Notes: generated by a model not told the origin, from the sequence alone. Numbered from the stretch's first letter, positions 19,415-29,099 are shown. The stretch is DNA of 57,632 nucleotides from Pseudomonadota bacterium (GCA_039026755.1 JBCCLR010000002.1:1-57632), one strand, 5' to 3'. A program made the numbers and translations.

Positions 19415-21625
19415 ATGCGCCCCTCCTCCAAAGTTTCCATTTTCGGCCTCTTGCTCACATCCACCGCCCTGGTAACGCCAGCACAAGCGCAAGACAGCTC
19501 AAGTTTTGATGATGTTGAAGAAGTTATCGTTTTTTCCTCGCCACTGCGCTCGACGATCGATGAAATCGTACTTGGCACCACAGTGGTTGGTAAAGATGCG
19601 CTGATTAAAAACCTGGATGGGACGATTGGTCAAACTCTGGCCCGTGAACCAGGCGTAAGCTCAACCTTCTTTGGGCCAGGCGCCTCGCGGCCAATTATTC
19701 GCGGCCTTGGCGGTGATCGCATCCGCATTCTCAGCAATGATATTTCCACATTTGACGTGTCCACAGCCAGCAATGACCACCTGGTCGGCACCGAAGTCGC
19801 AACGGCTGAGCAAGTCGAAATTCTGCGCGGCGCTGCAACACTGCGCTATGGCCAAAATGCCATCGGCGGCGTGGTCAATGTGTTTGACAACCGGATCCCA
19901 CGGGCCCTGCCTGAAGGCGGGTATGACATTGATGCGAACGCTGCTTATTCCACAGTGGACAATGGCTATACCGTCGGCGGCAGCGCTGAAGTGGAAGTCG
20001 GCAGCAATTTCGTGCTGCATGTAGACGCCAACACCCGCAAATCCAAAGAGTATGAAATTCCTGGTTTCGCGAGCGAAGAAGCTGAAGAAGAGGGCGTTGA
20101 AGGTATTGTCGAAAACAGTCAATCAAAGGCGACGTCGGCTACTGCAGGGCTCTCATGGGTTGGCGAAAAGGGTTATGTCGGTTTGGCGATCGGCATCCAA
20201 GATGGTCGCTACGGCCTACCTGGCGGTAAAAAAGAAGAAGAGGAAGAGGTCGACGATGCCCTTGCCGCGCTTGCGGAAGAGGAAGAAGAAGGCGCAATCG
20301 ACATTGATTTTGAGCAAATCCGCATCGACCTTGACGCGGAATACAATTTTGATGATGGATTGTTTAAACTGGCCAAGTTTCGCTTTGGCTGGTCTGACTA
20401 TGAACATACGGAGTTTGCCGGTGATGAACCGGAAACCCTGTTCACCAATGATGAATGGGAACTGCGCGCCGAAGCCTTCTTAAATGACTTTGAAGTGGGC
20501 GCCGGAAATCTTACGGGAACGGTCGGCTTTAATATGGCTGACCGGGAGTTTGAGGCCGATGGCGACGAGGCCTTTGTGCCGCTCAATGAGCAATTCCGAT
20601 GGGGGGTCTTTGGCCTTGCGCAATATGCGCTCAATGACTTTACGCTAGAGGGCAGCCTGCGGGTTGATAGCCAAGACAATGAAACCAGCAACCTAAGCTT
20701 TGCTGGACAAAATTTTGATAAAAACACCACAACGTTTTCAGCAGCCCTTAGCGGCATCTACCGCATCGGCGAAGGCACAAATATCGGAATTAACCTGGCC
20801 CGATCCGAACGCGCACCGACGGCTGAAGAACTATTTTCCAATGGCTTTCACCCAGCAACCAACACAGTAGAAATCGGTGATGTCAACCTGGATACGGAGG
20901 TTGCTTACTCTGTAGAAGTTTCCTTCAAAACCACGACGGGGCCATTTAGCTTTGGCGCGAATGTCTACTACACCGATTACAGTAACTTCATTTTCCTGAG
21001 CCCCACAGGTGACTTTTTTGAAGAAGGCGACCCCTTCCCTGCTGATGAAGGCTTTCCCGTGTTTGCTTACCAACAAGCAGATGCGGAGCTCTATGGTTTT
21101 GAAATCGAAGCCGATTACCTCGCTGTCGATAACGACACCTACCGGATTGCCATTGATGGGCAGATCGATTTGGCACGTGGCCAAACGACGGAAGACACCA
21201 CCTTTGGCGGCATTGCCAATGTAAGAGATGAATTTACGCCGCTCGGCAGCGGCGCGACAACTGTGCCAAGCGGCGATTTACCGTTCTTCCCGCCGGTGCG
21301 TTTTCTGGGCGGTGTTGATCTCGCCTATAAGCCGCTCAATTCAAACCTGCGGCTCGAGGTTCAGCATGTCGGCGAGCAGACCCGTGTTGGCCAAGTGCCG
21401 GATGGTAGTGAAGTCGATATTGCCGGCACGATACCAACCGATGCCTTCACATTCTTCAATGTGTATTTTGATATTAAGCCGCTGCCTGACAATGATAATT
21501 TCACCGTGTTTGTGCGTGGCCGGAACTTGACCAACGAGTTTGCACGTTCATCAACCTCATTCCTAGCGCAATCCGCACCTCTTCCAGGACGCGACATTCG
21601 CTTTGGCGTACGTGTGAATTTCTAG
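19415..21625 (+). CDS. TonB-dependent outer-membrane receptor with an acidic (poly-Glu) insertion
   Basis: Signal peptide ending AQA. Plug motifs (IRGLGGDRIRIL, VEILRGAATLRYGQNAIGGVVNV). C-terminal ...RDIRFGVRVNF. Confidence 0.9.
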   Translation: MRPSSKVSIFGLLLTSTALVTPAQAQDSSSFDDVEEVIVFSSPLRSTIDEIVLGTTVVGKDALIKNLDGTIGQTLAREPGVSSTFFGPGASRPIIRGLGGDRIRILSNDISTFDVSTASNDHLVGTEVATAEQVEILRGAATLRYGQNAIGGVVNVFDNRIPRALPEGGYDIDANAAYSTVDNGYTVGGSAEVEVGSNFVLHVDANTRKSKEYEIPGFASEEAEEEGVEGIVENSQSKATSATAGLSWVGEKGYVGLAIGIQDGRYGLPGGKKEEEEEVDDALAALAEEEEEGAIDIDFEQIRIDLDAEYNFDDGLFKLAKFRFGWSDYEHTEFAGDEPETLFTNDEWELRAEAFLNDFEVGAGNLTGTVGFNMADREFEADGDEAFVPLNEQFRWGVFGLAQYALNDFTLEGSLRVDSQDNETSNLSFAGQNFDKNTTTFSAALSGIYRIGEGTNIGINLARSERAPTAEELFSNGFHPATNTVEIGDVNLDTEVAYSVEVSFKTTTGPFSFGANVYYTDYSNFIFLSPTGDFFEEGDPFPADEGFPVFAYQQADAELYGFEIEADYLAVDNDTYRIAIDGQIDLARGQTTEDTTFGGIANVRDEFTPLGSGATTVPSGDLPFFPPVRFLGGVDLAYKPLNSNLRLEVQHVGEQTRVGQVPDGSEVDIAGTIPTDAFTFFNVYFDIKPLPDNDNFTVFVRGRNLTNEFARSSTSFLAQSAPLPGRDIRFGVRVNF

Positions 21626-21695
21626 CCGCGCTACACTCAGCGCCGGGATGCAGCGGTATCCCGGTCATGTCACGCCGATATGGTAGAAACGGTCA

Positions 21696-22166
21696 ATGCA
21701 TATTCGCGCCTACCAGACAGCGGATGCGCCGCAGCTCGGCCAGGTCTTTAAAGCCTCCGTTTGCGCGCTCGGGCCACTCGACTATAGCGCAGCGCAGGTG
21801 AAAGCATGGGCTCAGCGCGCTCCAAGCGCCCAACGCGCAGCAGCGTTGAATAAAGATGGGCGTACGACGCTCATTGCAGTTGATGCGGATGAAAATGTGA
21901 AGGCCTTTATTGATCTTGAACGAAGCGGCCACATAGATTTTCTCTGTGCCATGCCAGACGTGGCGGGAGGCGGCATCGTTGCTCAGCTTTATGAGGCGCT
22001 TGAACAGGTAGCGCGAGACTGGCAGCTCAGGCGCTTGTTCACCGAAGCGAGCGAGGGGGCAAAGCGGTTCTTTTTAAAGCAGGGGTTTCAAGTGGTTCAG
22101 CGGCGTAACTTTAAGATCGCCAGCATTGCAATTCATAACTACGAAATGGAAAAAAGTTTAATCTGA
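21696..22166 (+). CDS. GNAT family N-acetyltransferase
   Basis: 156 aa with a motif A-like segment (MPDVAGGGIVAQLYEALEQVARD) and a C-terminal FFLKQGF. Confidence 0.75.
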   Translation: MHIRAYQTADAPQLGQVFKASVCALGPLDYSAAQVKAWAQRAPSAQRAAALNKDGRTTLIAVDADENVKAFIDLERSGHIDFLCAMPDVAGGGIVAQLYEALEQVARDWQLRRLFTEASEGAKRFFLKQGFQVVQRRNFKIASIAIHNYEMEKSLI

Positions 22167-22212
22167 AAAAGGCGTTAGAGCAGGTGTGTTTAAGCTTAGA
22201 GCATTTGATGAA

Positions 22213-22515
22213 TCACAAACCAACAGCCTCCAGTGCGCGTAAAAATTTGGCTTTCGCTGCGGCAACTCTGAGGCCGTAGTCGCTCAGCACGTCGTTCCGT
22301 GGAAAATTTGTATTGTACGCTCGGATCATGTTCACGCACGACTGGGGTTTTTCCCAGACTTCAAGGGTGTTGTATATGACCACGGCGATCTTAAACATGT
22401 AGAGATACAAGTTTGGTGCGCGGATCGCTTTTTCTATAAACGCAGAGGGTTTGGCCTCACGTTTATGACCGCAGCGGGCGCTATGCCAAAGCATCTGGCA
22501 GGATGCTATCCACAA
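22213..22515 (-). CDS. Hypothetical protein (weak call; the start is uncertain)
   Basis: It is the only ORF in a lower-GC gap. No motif was recognised. Confidence 0.25.
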   Translation of the reverse strand: MWIASCQMLWHSARCGHKREAKPSAFIEKAIRAPNLYLYMFKIAVVIYNTLEVWEKPQSCVNMIRAYNTNFPRNDVLSDYGLRVAAAKAKFLRALEAVGL

Positions 22516-22643
22516 GGCACCCTAAAGCGGCCATTAGGTCTTGGCGATTTCGCACCTGTCACGGCGCCGACCCAGATAAACGCGGCGATCCTAAGCGTGC
22601 TGAAATATACGCACCAATCAAGCCAAGCAGCTTAGGGCAGGCG

Positions 22644-24227
22644 TCATTCCGCTGGCATTTGGACGTTGCGCTGCGCCAGCGGCCCAAACTGCTGGCGAAT
22701 AAAAGCCCACCAAGCGATGAGTGCGCCTGCAGCGCAGAGCGTGAGATCAATCCCTATAACCGCAGCATGACCTTGGGCAAAGTGGGTCGCCCAGCCGCCA
22801 TGACCCATCACCATGCGCAGGATTGGTAGGGCAATCAGCAATGCCGCCAAAACGCCGGCAAGACTGCGCTCGAGGGCACCGTTGCGCCGCAGTGCCATGC
22901 CGATTAAGATGCTCAGCGCGCTGCCAATTAAAAATCCGGCAGGCGTCCAAAAATCGGCCTGCTGGCTGGGCAGAGACAAGAAGAATGCAGCGCCTGACGC
23001 GGCCAAACCAATCCCCGTGCCATAGCCCACTGTGATAACTGTTGGGCCGAGCCAAGCCCAACCCGGCTGATCGCTTCGGCGCTCAACCCAAAGCTGAAGG
23101 CCGGTTAGCGTGATATAGGAGGTCGCAAGGCCCAGCGATAACCAAATGATTTTGGACAACAGGCCGCCGAAATGCCCAAAATGCAGCGGCCCCATGAGAC
23201 CGATAACATCACTGCCCGTTGATGGCTTTGGCCCGATCGCTGGCTTCTCACCCAAATAAGCGCCCGTGGCGCCGTCAAATATATGTCTGCTGCCAAGCAA
23301 GCCCGTTTCTGGGGCCGCATGAGCTACTGTGATGCGCGCATCCTTACGCCCCCAGTGCTGAATGCTCACCGAGCCAGGCGCAGAGCCCGCAACGCGGCGC
23401 GCATGTGCCAAAATCTCATCCACGTTCGCGCGCTGACCAGGGCGCGGATCCACTTGAACAGGAACGCCTGTTGCAAGCTCCAAAAGCTTTTCTTGATCGC
23501 CTCCAAACGCCACGACGGCAACAACCGGGACCGCCAGAGTGCCTGCAAAACTGAAGAACATCCCCGTAAAAGCGAGCAAAAATCCGAAAGGCAGTGTCCA
23601 GCTGCCCGCTAAAATGTGCCGATCGCGCCGGTTCAGCAACACGCTCGACCAGCGCGGTGCGACGAACAGATCACGGATCATGTGGCGGTGCAAAAAAATG
23701 CCCGAAATCGACGCAATCAACATAACAAAGCCTAAAACACCCGTCATCCACATGCCCCAGGGGTTTGGCGCGTGCAGGTTGATATGTAGGCGCACGATAA
23801 AAGATGTCAGCAGGCCATCCTGTCCGCTCGGCATTTCATCCAAATATCCGTCTTGACGGTCTTGGATTTCCAGATTTCTAGCATCCAGCAAAAAGCGTGT
23901 GCCTTTGTCTCGAAGCGTGCCATTTTCACTCTTCTCGTGCGTGTGAAACAACACCTGAAGGAGCCCGCCTGTTCTCGAGAAAATTGCGATATCATCCATA
24001 TAGGCCGGGTCAATGTCGTCGGCTAAAGTGACCAGTGTGTCATGCACTGGTTGGTCAAATGCTGTGTGGCTAAAAGAGCTGCCCGACGTCCATTCGGTTA
24101 TTTCCGTGGCAAACACCGCAATAGATCCAGTTAAAACCACGACATACAGGATAAGGCCGAGGACCGTGCCAGACCATCCATGCACAGCGACCAGCCTTTT
24201 TGTCGTTGCTTTGCCAAAAAAGCTCAT
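22644..24227 (-). CDS. PepSY-associated TM-helix protein (FoxB/PiuB-like putative periplasmic siderophore reductase)
   Basis: N-terminus LVAVHGWSGTVLGLILYVVVLTGSIAVFATEITEW and repeated TM/His segments (LHFGHFGG). It lies downstream of a TonB transducer. Confidence 0.85.
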   Translation of the reverse strand: MSFFGKATTKRLVAVHGWSGTVLGLILYVVVLTGSIAVFATEITEWTSGSSFSHTAFDQPVHDTLVTLADDIDPAYMDDIAIFSRTGGLLQVLFHTHEKSENGTLRDKGTRFLLDARNLEIQDRQDGYLDEMPSGQDGLLTSFIVRLHINLHAPNPWGMWMTGVLGFVMLIASISGIFLHRHMIRDLFVAPRWSSVLLNRRDRHILAGSWTLPFGFLLAFTGMFFSFAGTLAVPVVAVVAFGGDQEKLLELATGVPVQVDPRPGQRANVDEILAHARRVAGSAPGSVSIQHWGRKDARITVAHAAPETGLLGSRHIFDGATGAYLGEKPAIGPKPSTGSDVIGLMGPLHFGHFGGLLSKIIWLSLGLATSYITLTGLQLWVERRSDQPGWAWLGPTVITVGYGTGIGLAASGAAFFLSLPSQQADFWTPAGFLIGSALSILIGMALRRNGALERSLAGVLAALLIALPILRMVMGHGGWATHFAQGHAAVIGIDLTLCAAGALIAWWAFIRQQFGPLAQRNVQMPAE

Positions 24228-24368
24228 AACCCTCTCCTGTAACTTAAACCTGCCACCCAGACATCAAGGTACGACAGATCAACACAGATGCACCGCAAAA
24301 CGACAACTCATCACGATCACTATGCGCTTGATGTGCATTTGTATGGCGGGATAGAAAAATGTTACGCA

Positions 24369-24512
24369 TCACAAGGCAAAAAAAAGCACAACACAAGACG
24401 CCGCAGTGTTGACGCCATAGGATCCAACCGGAAACCAAATGGGCACCGCCGCCATCATTATAATGGCGAGAGTGAGCGCGAAAGGGCCGGCAAGAAGCCA
24501 ACGTGTGATCAT
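24369..24512 (-). CDS. Unlisted 47-aa hydrophobic peptide (MITRWLLAGPFALTLAIIMMAAVPIWFPVGSYGVNTAASCVVLFFAL)
   Basis: Translated by hand; it is below the ORF-track cutoff. It has two hydrophobic segments and a GGGGA about 12 nt upstream of the ATG. It lies between the transducer and the PepSY gene on the same strand. Confidence 0.4.
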   Translation of the reverse strand: MITRWLLAGPFALTLAIIMMAAVPIWFPVGSYGVNTAASCVVLFFAL

Positions 24513-24667
24513 GACATTTAGATTTCCCCACTCGCTTTTAGATCGTCACACACGCGCAACAGCTCGCTGTGCCGCCAGACATTTGTTCTAAGATTGCTCA
24601 TTTTGCGTCCCTACAAAGCACACGGTCTTATTATAAAGACTCTTTGCCCATCGAAATTGCTCCCTTC

Positions 24668-24688
24668 TTACGGAAAAAATTTCCGTAA
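24668..24688 (-). terminator. Hairpin (9-bp stem, 3-nt loop) about 30 nt downstream of the transducer stop
   Basis: TTACGGAAA-AAA-TTTCCGTAA. There is no clear U-tract. Confidence 0.35.
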
Positions 24689-24718
24689 AGCCGCATCTAA
24701 ACAAGATGGGTTAGCCGT

Positions 24719-27253
24719 TTAGTACCGCGCGCTTATGATGACCCCGAATTCGCGCGGTGTGCCGGGCGATATCCCAATCTCGCTTGGAAGTTCGCCAAGA
24801 AACCTCCCTGTTTCATAAAACTCATCAAACACATTGCGCATGTAGAGGCGCACATCAAAAGCGTCCCCTTCATAACCGACAGCCGCGTTCGCCAGGAAAA
24901 AACCATCCGTTCGCAAGTTTGGCCGGTTTTCGACCGCCCGGAAAGCACTGCCTTGGTAGGTTACGTTCACTTGCGCGTAAACACGATCGCTTAAATAGCG
25001 CTGTCCACCCATGGCGGCCGTCCAATTGGGGGATTGGCCAAACCTGTTGCCGGCCAGATCTTTGCCCGATACGCCGTCGATTTCGCAGTCCGGCAACCCC
25101 GGCGCGTTAGAGCTGAGACTACAAAATTCAGTGAACCGGGTGCTTGCATACCCAACGCTTGCAAACACCCGAGTGTATTGCGTCGGCTGGTAGCTTGCAT
25201 CAATTTCAACACCCCAAATCCTTGATTGCCCGCTATTTTCTGTCCGCGAATTAAATTCACTCCCATCAATTGGTACATTGATTTGTTGATCTGTCCAAAA
25301 ACCATAATAGGCATTTGCATTGAATATGAGTTGCCCTTCCAACCATTCAGAGCGGATAGAAAGCTCAATATTATCGAGATATTCTGGATCAAATTCATTG
25401 AGCGCCCCTGACGCTTCGGTTTGCGCGCCGCCCGCGCGATAGCCGCGCTTGTAAAAAAGAGAGGTTTTGATGCTGGGAGACACGTCATAGGTCAAGCCAA
25501 GCTCTGGGATAATCGCTTCAAACGTTGTTTCCCTGCTCCCAGCGCTTGAGCCAAGCTGTGCGTTCAGGGCGGCATTAACAGCCGTTATCCCAGCTTCGAC
25601 AAAGGCGCCAGAACCTGGCTGCTGCATTTCAGCGAGTGCGCCGGCCGCGGCCGGGTCAGGTAAAGGCGTCGACGGATCGGCAGCGCTTTGCGACCGCGAC
25701 GCTGCATTGAATGATTCGCGATCATACCTTAAACCCGCCGATAGGGTTAATCTGTCGGTAACTGCATACTCCCACTGCGTGAATGCGGCGAAATTGGTTG
25801 TATTTCGTTCCGTCCTGGCATCCTGAGTGAACGCGAATAGAGCCGGATAAAAAGGCAGGAGAGGCTGCGGGACACCCACACGTGCCGGGTTAATTCTGCC
25901 CGATACGATAAAGGCAGTATCAAACTGATTATTAAAATAATATCCGCCGATTACGCCCCGCAGTCTGTTGCCTGCATACTGAGCGCGCAGTTCTTGCGAT
26001 AAATTGAGCTCACTCGTTGGAAATAAATTTTGTCCGCCGTCACGCTCAGTGCCATCTCCATCAAGTAAGCGGTTAAACTCTCCGTCGGCAAACGCACTTA
26101 TGGATTGGAGCGTCCAACTCTCGGAAACATCATAGTTCAAATTGAACGACCCAGTTACACCTTCAAATTCTTCCAATGTTGGTACGTTATTGCGCGCTTG
26201 AAATGTATCAAAAGGTCCCTCGGCCTGAGCAACGTAACTTGTATTTCCTGTTTCGCCGTCGACATACTGAACAGACAAGATCGCCCGCAATCGGTCGGAG
26301 AATTTGATAAGGCCCTTGGCGCGAAGTGTCGCAAACTCCCGGCGTCCATCGTCATCTGTGCCGAGGGTTATATTTTCAATAAAGCCGTCGGTACGCGATC
26401 GTTCTGCAATAAACCGCAGCGCTATTTTGGGAGAGATCGGGATATTGAGCATTCCTTCGAAGTTGTTGGTTCCGAAGTTTCCAATTTCCGCCCGAGCGGC
26501 TGCTTCAAATTGTTCAAGCTTTGGGTTGTTCGTACGAACAACGAGTGCGCCAATGAGGGCGTTGCGGCCAAAATTGGTTGATTGCGGCCCGCGAAGAAAC
26601 TCTACCTGCTCAACGTCCCAAAGATTCTGGGAAATGAACCCAACAGCCTGATTGGTGAGTGCCACCTCATCATAATACGTCGTGCTTGTATCGCCCACAC
26701 CACCGATGGCAAACGGTTGCCGCGACACGCCGCGGATAACCACGTTGACGACGCCCGGTCCTGCAACGTTTGCCGATTGGAGCAGGACATCATCAAGATC
26801 AAGAAGTGACCGGCTTTCAATGTCTTGCGCGGTAAGCACAGCGACACTTTCCTTTGTGTCTTGAAGTGTTCTGTCTATCTGCTGACCAGTCACAAAGATT
26901 GTCTCTGCCACCACTGGACGGATTTGTCTGGGTGCGTTCGCTCGCGCTGCTTGCTCTGCAATAATAAACCCACCATTTGGTGCCGGCTTTGCTATAAGAC
27001 TTGAGCCTTCTAGGAGTGTACGAAGCGCCTGTTCTGGCGTTAATGAGCCTGATACTGGCCTCGCGGTCTTTCCGGCCACCAATGTGTTTGGTGCAAATAT
27101 GCTGATGCCCAAAGCATCACCAAGGTCCGCAAGAGCGTCGCCAAGTGGCCCGGCGTTCACATCAATGCGCGGCATTTGCGCATGCACCGGTGAAGCAGCG
27201 GCAAGCGCAAATGCACAAACCACGCCCCAAAGCGCAGCCTCGCGAGGTCGCAT
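24719..27253 (-). CDS. TonB-dependent transducer (FecA/FoxA-type, with an N-terminal STN signalling domain)
   Basis: Signal peptide ..PVHAQ. STN domain (IDVNAGPLGDALADLGDALGISIF...LTPEQALRTLLEGSSL), followed by a plug and barrel. The C-terminus is ..FGVIISARY. The ATG at 27253 is preferred over 27385. Confidence 0.9.
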   Translation of the reverse strand: MRPREAALWGVVCAFALAAASPVHAQMPRIDVNAGPLGDALADLGDALGISIFAPNTLVAGKTARPVSGSLTPEQALRTLLEGSSLIAKPAPNGGFIIAEQAARANAPRQIRPVVAETIFVTGQQIDRTLQDTKESVAVLTAQDIESRSLLDLDDVLLQSANVAGPGVVNVVIRGVSRQPFAIGGVGDTSTTYYDEVALTNQAVGFISQNLWDVEQVEFLRGPQSTNFGRNALIGALVVRTNNPKLEQFEAAARAEIGNFGTNNFEGMLNIPISPKIALRFIAERSRTDGFIENITLGTDDDGRREFATLRAKGLIKFSDRLRAILSVQYVDGETGNTSYVAQAEGPFDTFQARNNVPTLEEFEGVTGSFNLNYDVSESWTLQSISAFADGEFNRLLDGDGTERDGGQNLFPTSELNLSQELRAQYAGNRLRGVIGGYYFNNQFDTAFIVSGRINPARVGVPQPLLPFYPALFAFTQDARTERNTTNFAAFTQWEYAVTDRLTLSAGLRYDRESFNAASRSQSAADPSTPLPDPAAAGALAEMQQPGSGAFVEAGITAVNAALNAQLGSSAGSRETTFEAIIPELGLTYDVSPSIKTSLFYKRGYRAGGAQTEASGALNEFDPEYLDNIELSIRSEWLEGQLIFNANAYYGFWTDQQINVPIDGSEFNSRTENSGQSRIWGVEIDASYQPTQYTRVFASVGYASTRFTEFCSLSSNAPGLPDCEIDGVSGKDLAGNRFGQSPNWTAAMGGQRYLSDRVYAQVNVTYQGSAFRAVENRPNLRTDGFFLANAAVGYEGDAFDVRLYMRNVFDEFYETGRFLGELPSEIGISPGTPREFGVIISARY

Positions 27254-27408
27254 CCTTATCAATTTACCCACCTGAGAATCCCCATCTATACTGAGCTGCA
27301 ACTGCCAATTAGTTGCAGCTTCATAGGTGGGACGATTTCCCCTCGTGGAGTGGCAGAGGTTTTTTAAAAAAACCGCCAAAAACATTTAAGACGGCAGACT
27401 ATACAGTC

Positions 27409-28491
27409 TTATTTAGTGGTTTTTGATCGAATAACGATTTCATCTTTCCCATGACGATCGACGCTCACAGGAAAGATATCTGGCAGGGCTGAGAGCATGC
27501 CATCGATGTCTGAGCCATCAAATGAAAAGGACACCTGCAGGTCGGCGAGGGTGTTTCGCGCGTCATCAATACGGATAGGACGCGCAGAATAGCGGTTCGC
27601 ATCGGCGATGAGTTCAGTGAGCGGCGCCCCGACATAGCGCAGGCGGTTGGTTTTCCAGGACGCGAACGTGCCCTCTCGGAACGGGCTTTTATCAGACAGC
27701 CCATCGTCACTTGTGGCGATGATCCGTTCTCCAGCGATCAGCCGCTCTTTATTAAGCATCGAAAACGCTATGCCGTCCTGCATCAACGGGTGGGTTACAT
27801 CGACCATACCTTCCGAGACAGACAGCCGAACAATTCCCGCGTTGTTTCTCATGTCGAAAACGGTTCCTATAGCGCGGGCTTTAAAGCGCTGTGCCGCAAC
27901 AATAAACGGGCGCTGTGCATCCGGCGCAACGTCAAAAACCGCTGAGCCAGCATCAAGGGTTATGTCTCTTGCCGTAGCCGACATTGTCACTTCAATCCGT
28001 GACGCAGGCCCCAAAGTAACGTGTGAACCATCAGGCAGTGTAATGTCTTTCACCTGGCCGCGCGGGGTCGTATGGGCCGCCATGTGCACGTCTGCAAGCA
28101 GCGGATCAGCTGCCTGTTGAAACAACAACTGTGGGAGGACCAAAATGGCAATAATCGCTACCGCGGCGAGCGCCGCTATCTTTAAAGACGGCGTCCGAAA
28201 CCTGGCCGAAGAAGCGGTGGCTAGGGTTTCGCGCAACCGGTCTTGCCAGCTTAAGCGAAACAGATGCTCTTCAACTTTTTCATGGTCCAAGGTGCCATAA
28301 GCGGACCAAACCGTTGTCGCTCGATCAAACGCACGCGGATGGCGCGGATCGGCTTCGAGCCAAGCCTGGAACTCCATTTTATCGGCCAGGGTCATGTCCT
28401 CGCTGCTTTGCAGCACCCGCCACTCAAGGGCTTGAAGACGCATATCGTCTGGGAACTCTTGTTCTTGGATATGGTGCTCTTGGATCGTCAT
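27409..28491 (-). CDS. FecR-family anti-sigma factor/sigma regulator
   Basis: N-terminal anti-sigma segment (QALEWRVL...FQAWLEADPRHPRAFD), a single TM segment, and a FecR periplasmic domain. There is a 4-nt overlap with the sigma gene. Confidence 0.85.
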   Translation of the reverse strand: MTIQEHHIQEQEFPDDMRLQALEWRVLQSSEDMTLADKMEFQAWLEADPRHPRAFDRATTVWSAYGTLDHEKVEEHLFRLSWQDRLRETLATASSARFRTPSLKIAALAAVAIIAILVLPQLLFQQAADPLLADVHMAAHTTPRGQVKDITLPDGSHVTLGPASRIEVTMSATARDITLDAGSAVFDVAPDAQRPFIVAAQRFKARAIGTVFDMRNNAGIVRLSVSEGMVDVTHPLMQDGIAFSMLNKERLIAGERIIATSDDGLSDKSPFREGTFASWKTNRLRYVGAPLTELIADANRYSARPIRIDDARNTLADLQVSFSFDGSDIDGMLSALPDIFPVSVDRHGKDEIVIRSKTTK

Positions 28492-29099
28492 AACGGGTCG
28501 CTGCCTGGCGCTGCATTGAGCGCTGTTTCGATGTCAAAAGCGGCCTGAGCAATCTGCTTTGCGACATGCCTACGGTTGACGCCAAGCCGTTTGGCAACAG
28601 CAACGAAATTCAATCCATCCACGCGGTGCCATAAAAACGCTTTCCGGCGTCGCTCTGGCATTGCGCTGAGGACTTGGTTCACAATGTGAAGCTGCTCTCG
28701 CATGTATAAGACGTTTTCCGGGCTCAAACTGGTACTATCGAGCGCGAAAAAGAGATTCTCGATTTCATAGTCGTATTTAGACCGCGCCTCGATATGGCGC
28801 TTACCGTCAAGCACCAAATTACGGGCGATGCGCCATAAAAAGGCCCTGAGGTTTTTGATCGTACCCAAGCTGCGGTGTTCATAAAGCCTGGCAAAGGCTT
28901 CTTGCATCACTTCATCGGGGTCAGGCGGACCATCTCCATATTCACGGCGGAGGTAGCGCGACAGCTGTTCAGCGTGATCTTCGTAAAGATGAGCGACAGC
29001 TGATGCATGTTTACGCGCATCCACTATGTTGGAGCTCGCTTCACCTTCTGACGGATCAGACTGCGGCGACGCATCCTCGCCATATGGCCGGTCCAGCAT
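28488..29099 (-). CDS. ECF (sigma-70 family, FecI-like) RNA polymerase sigma factor
   Basis: Region 2 (DPDEVMQEAFARLYE...FLWRIARNLVLD) and region 4 (KAFLWHRVDGLNFVAVAKRLGVNRRHVAKQI). Confidence 0.88.
   Translation of the reverse strand: MLDRPYGEDASPQSDPSEGEASSNIVDARKHASAVAHLYEDHAEQLSRYLRREYGDGPPDPDEVMQEAFARLYEHRSLGTIKNLRAFLWRIARNLVLDGKRHIEARSKYDYEIENLFFALDSTSLSPENVLYMREQLHIVNQVLSAMPERRRKAFLWHRVDGLNFVAVAKRLGVNRRHVAKQIAQAAFDIETALNAAPGSDPL

Noticed and set aside
24244-24531. 95-aa - strand ORF between the transducer and the PepSY gene
   Set aside because: Its Cys/His/Arg-rich composition is implausible. Another frame on the same strand gives a cleaner 47-aa two-helix membrane peptide preceded by an SD-like sequence.
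27358-27374. GGTTTTTTAAAAAAACC near-palindrome after fecR
   Set aside because: Apart from the terminal GG/CC it is an A/T-only stem, so its predicted stability is low. I do not call it a terminator. It may simply be an AT-rich promoter or UP-like element.
27254-27385. N-terminal extensions given by the ORF track for 24719-27385, 30349-31683, 40083-41204, 41451-42566, 48284-38838, 51414-53162, 11170-12687 and 44540-45634
   Set aside because: The extensions precede obvious signal peptides or HTH N-termini, contain the palindromic operator (nupC), or create long overlaps with the upstream gene. Internal ATG or GTG starts were chosen instead. Note that the fifth range above should read 48284-48838.
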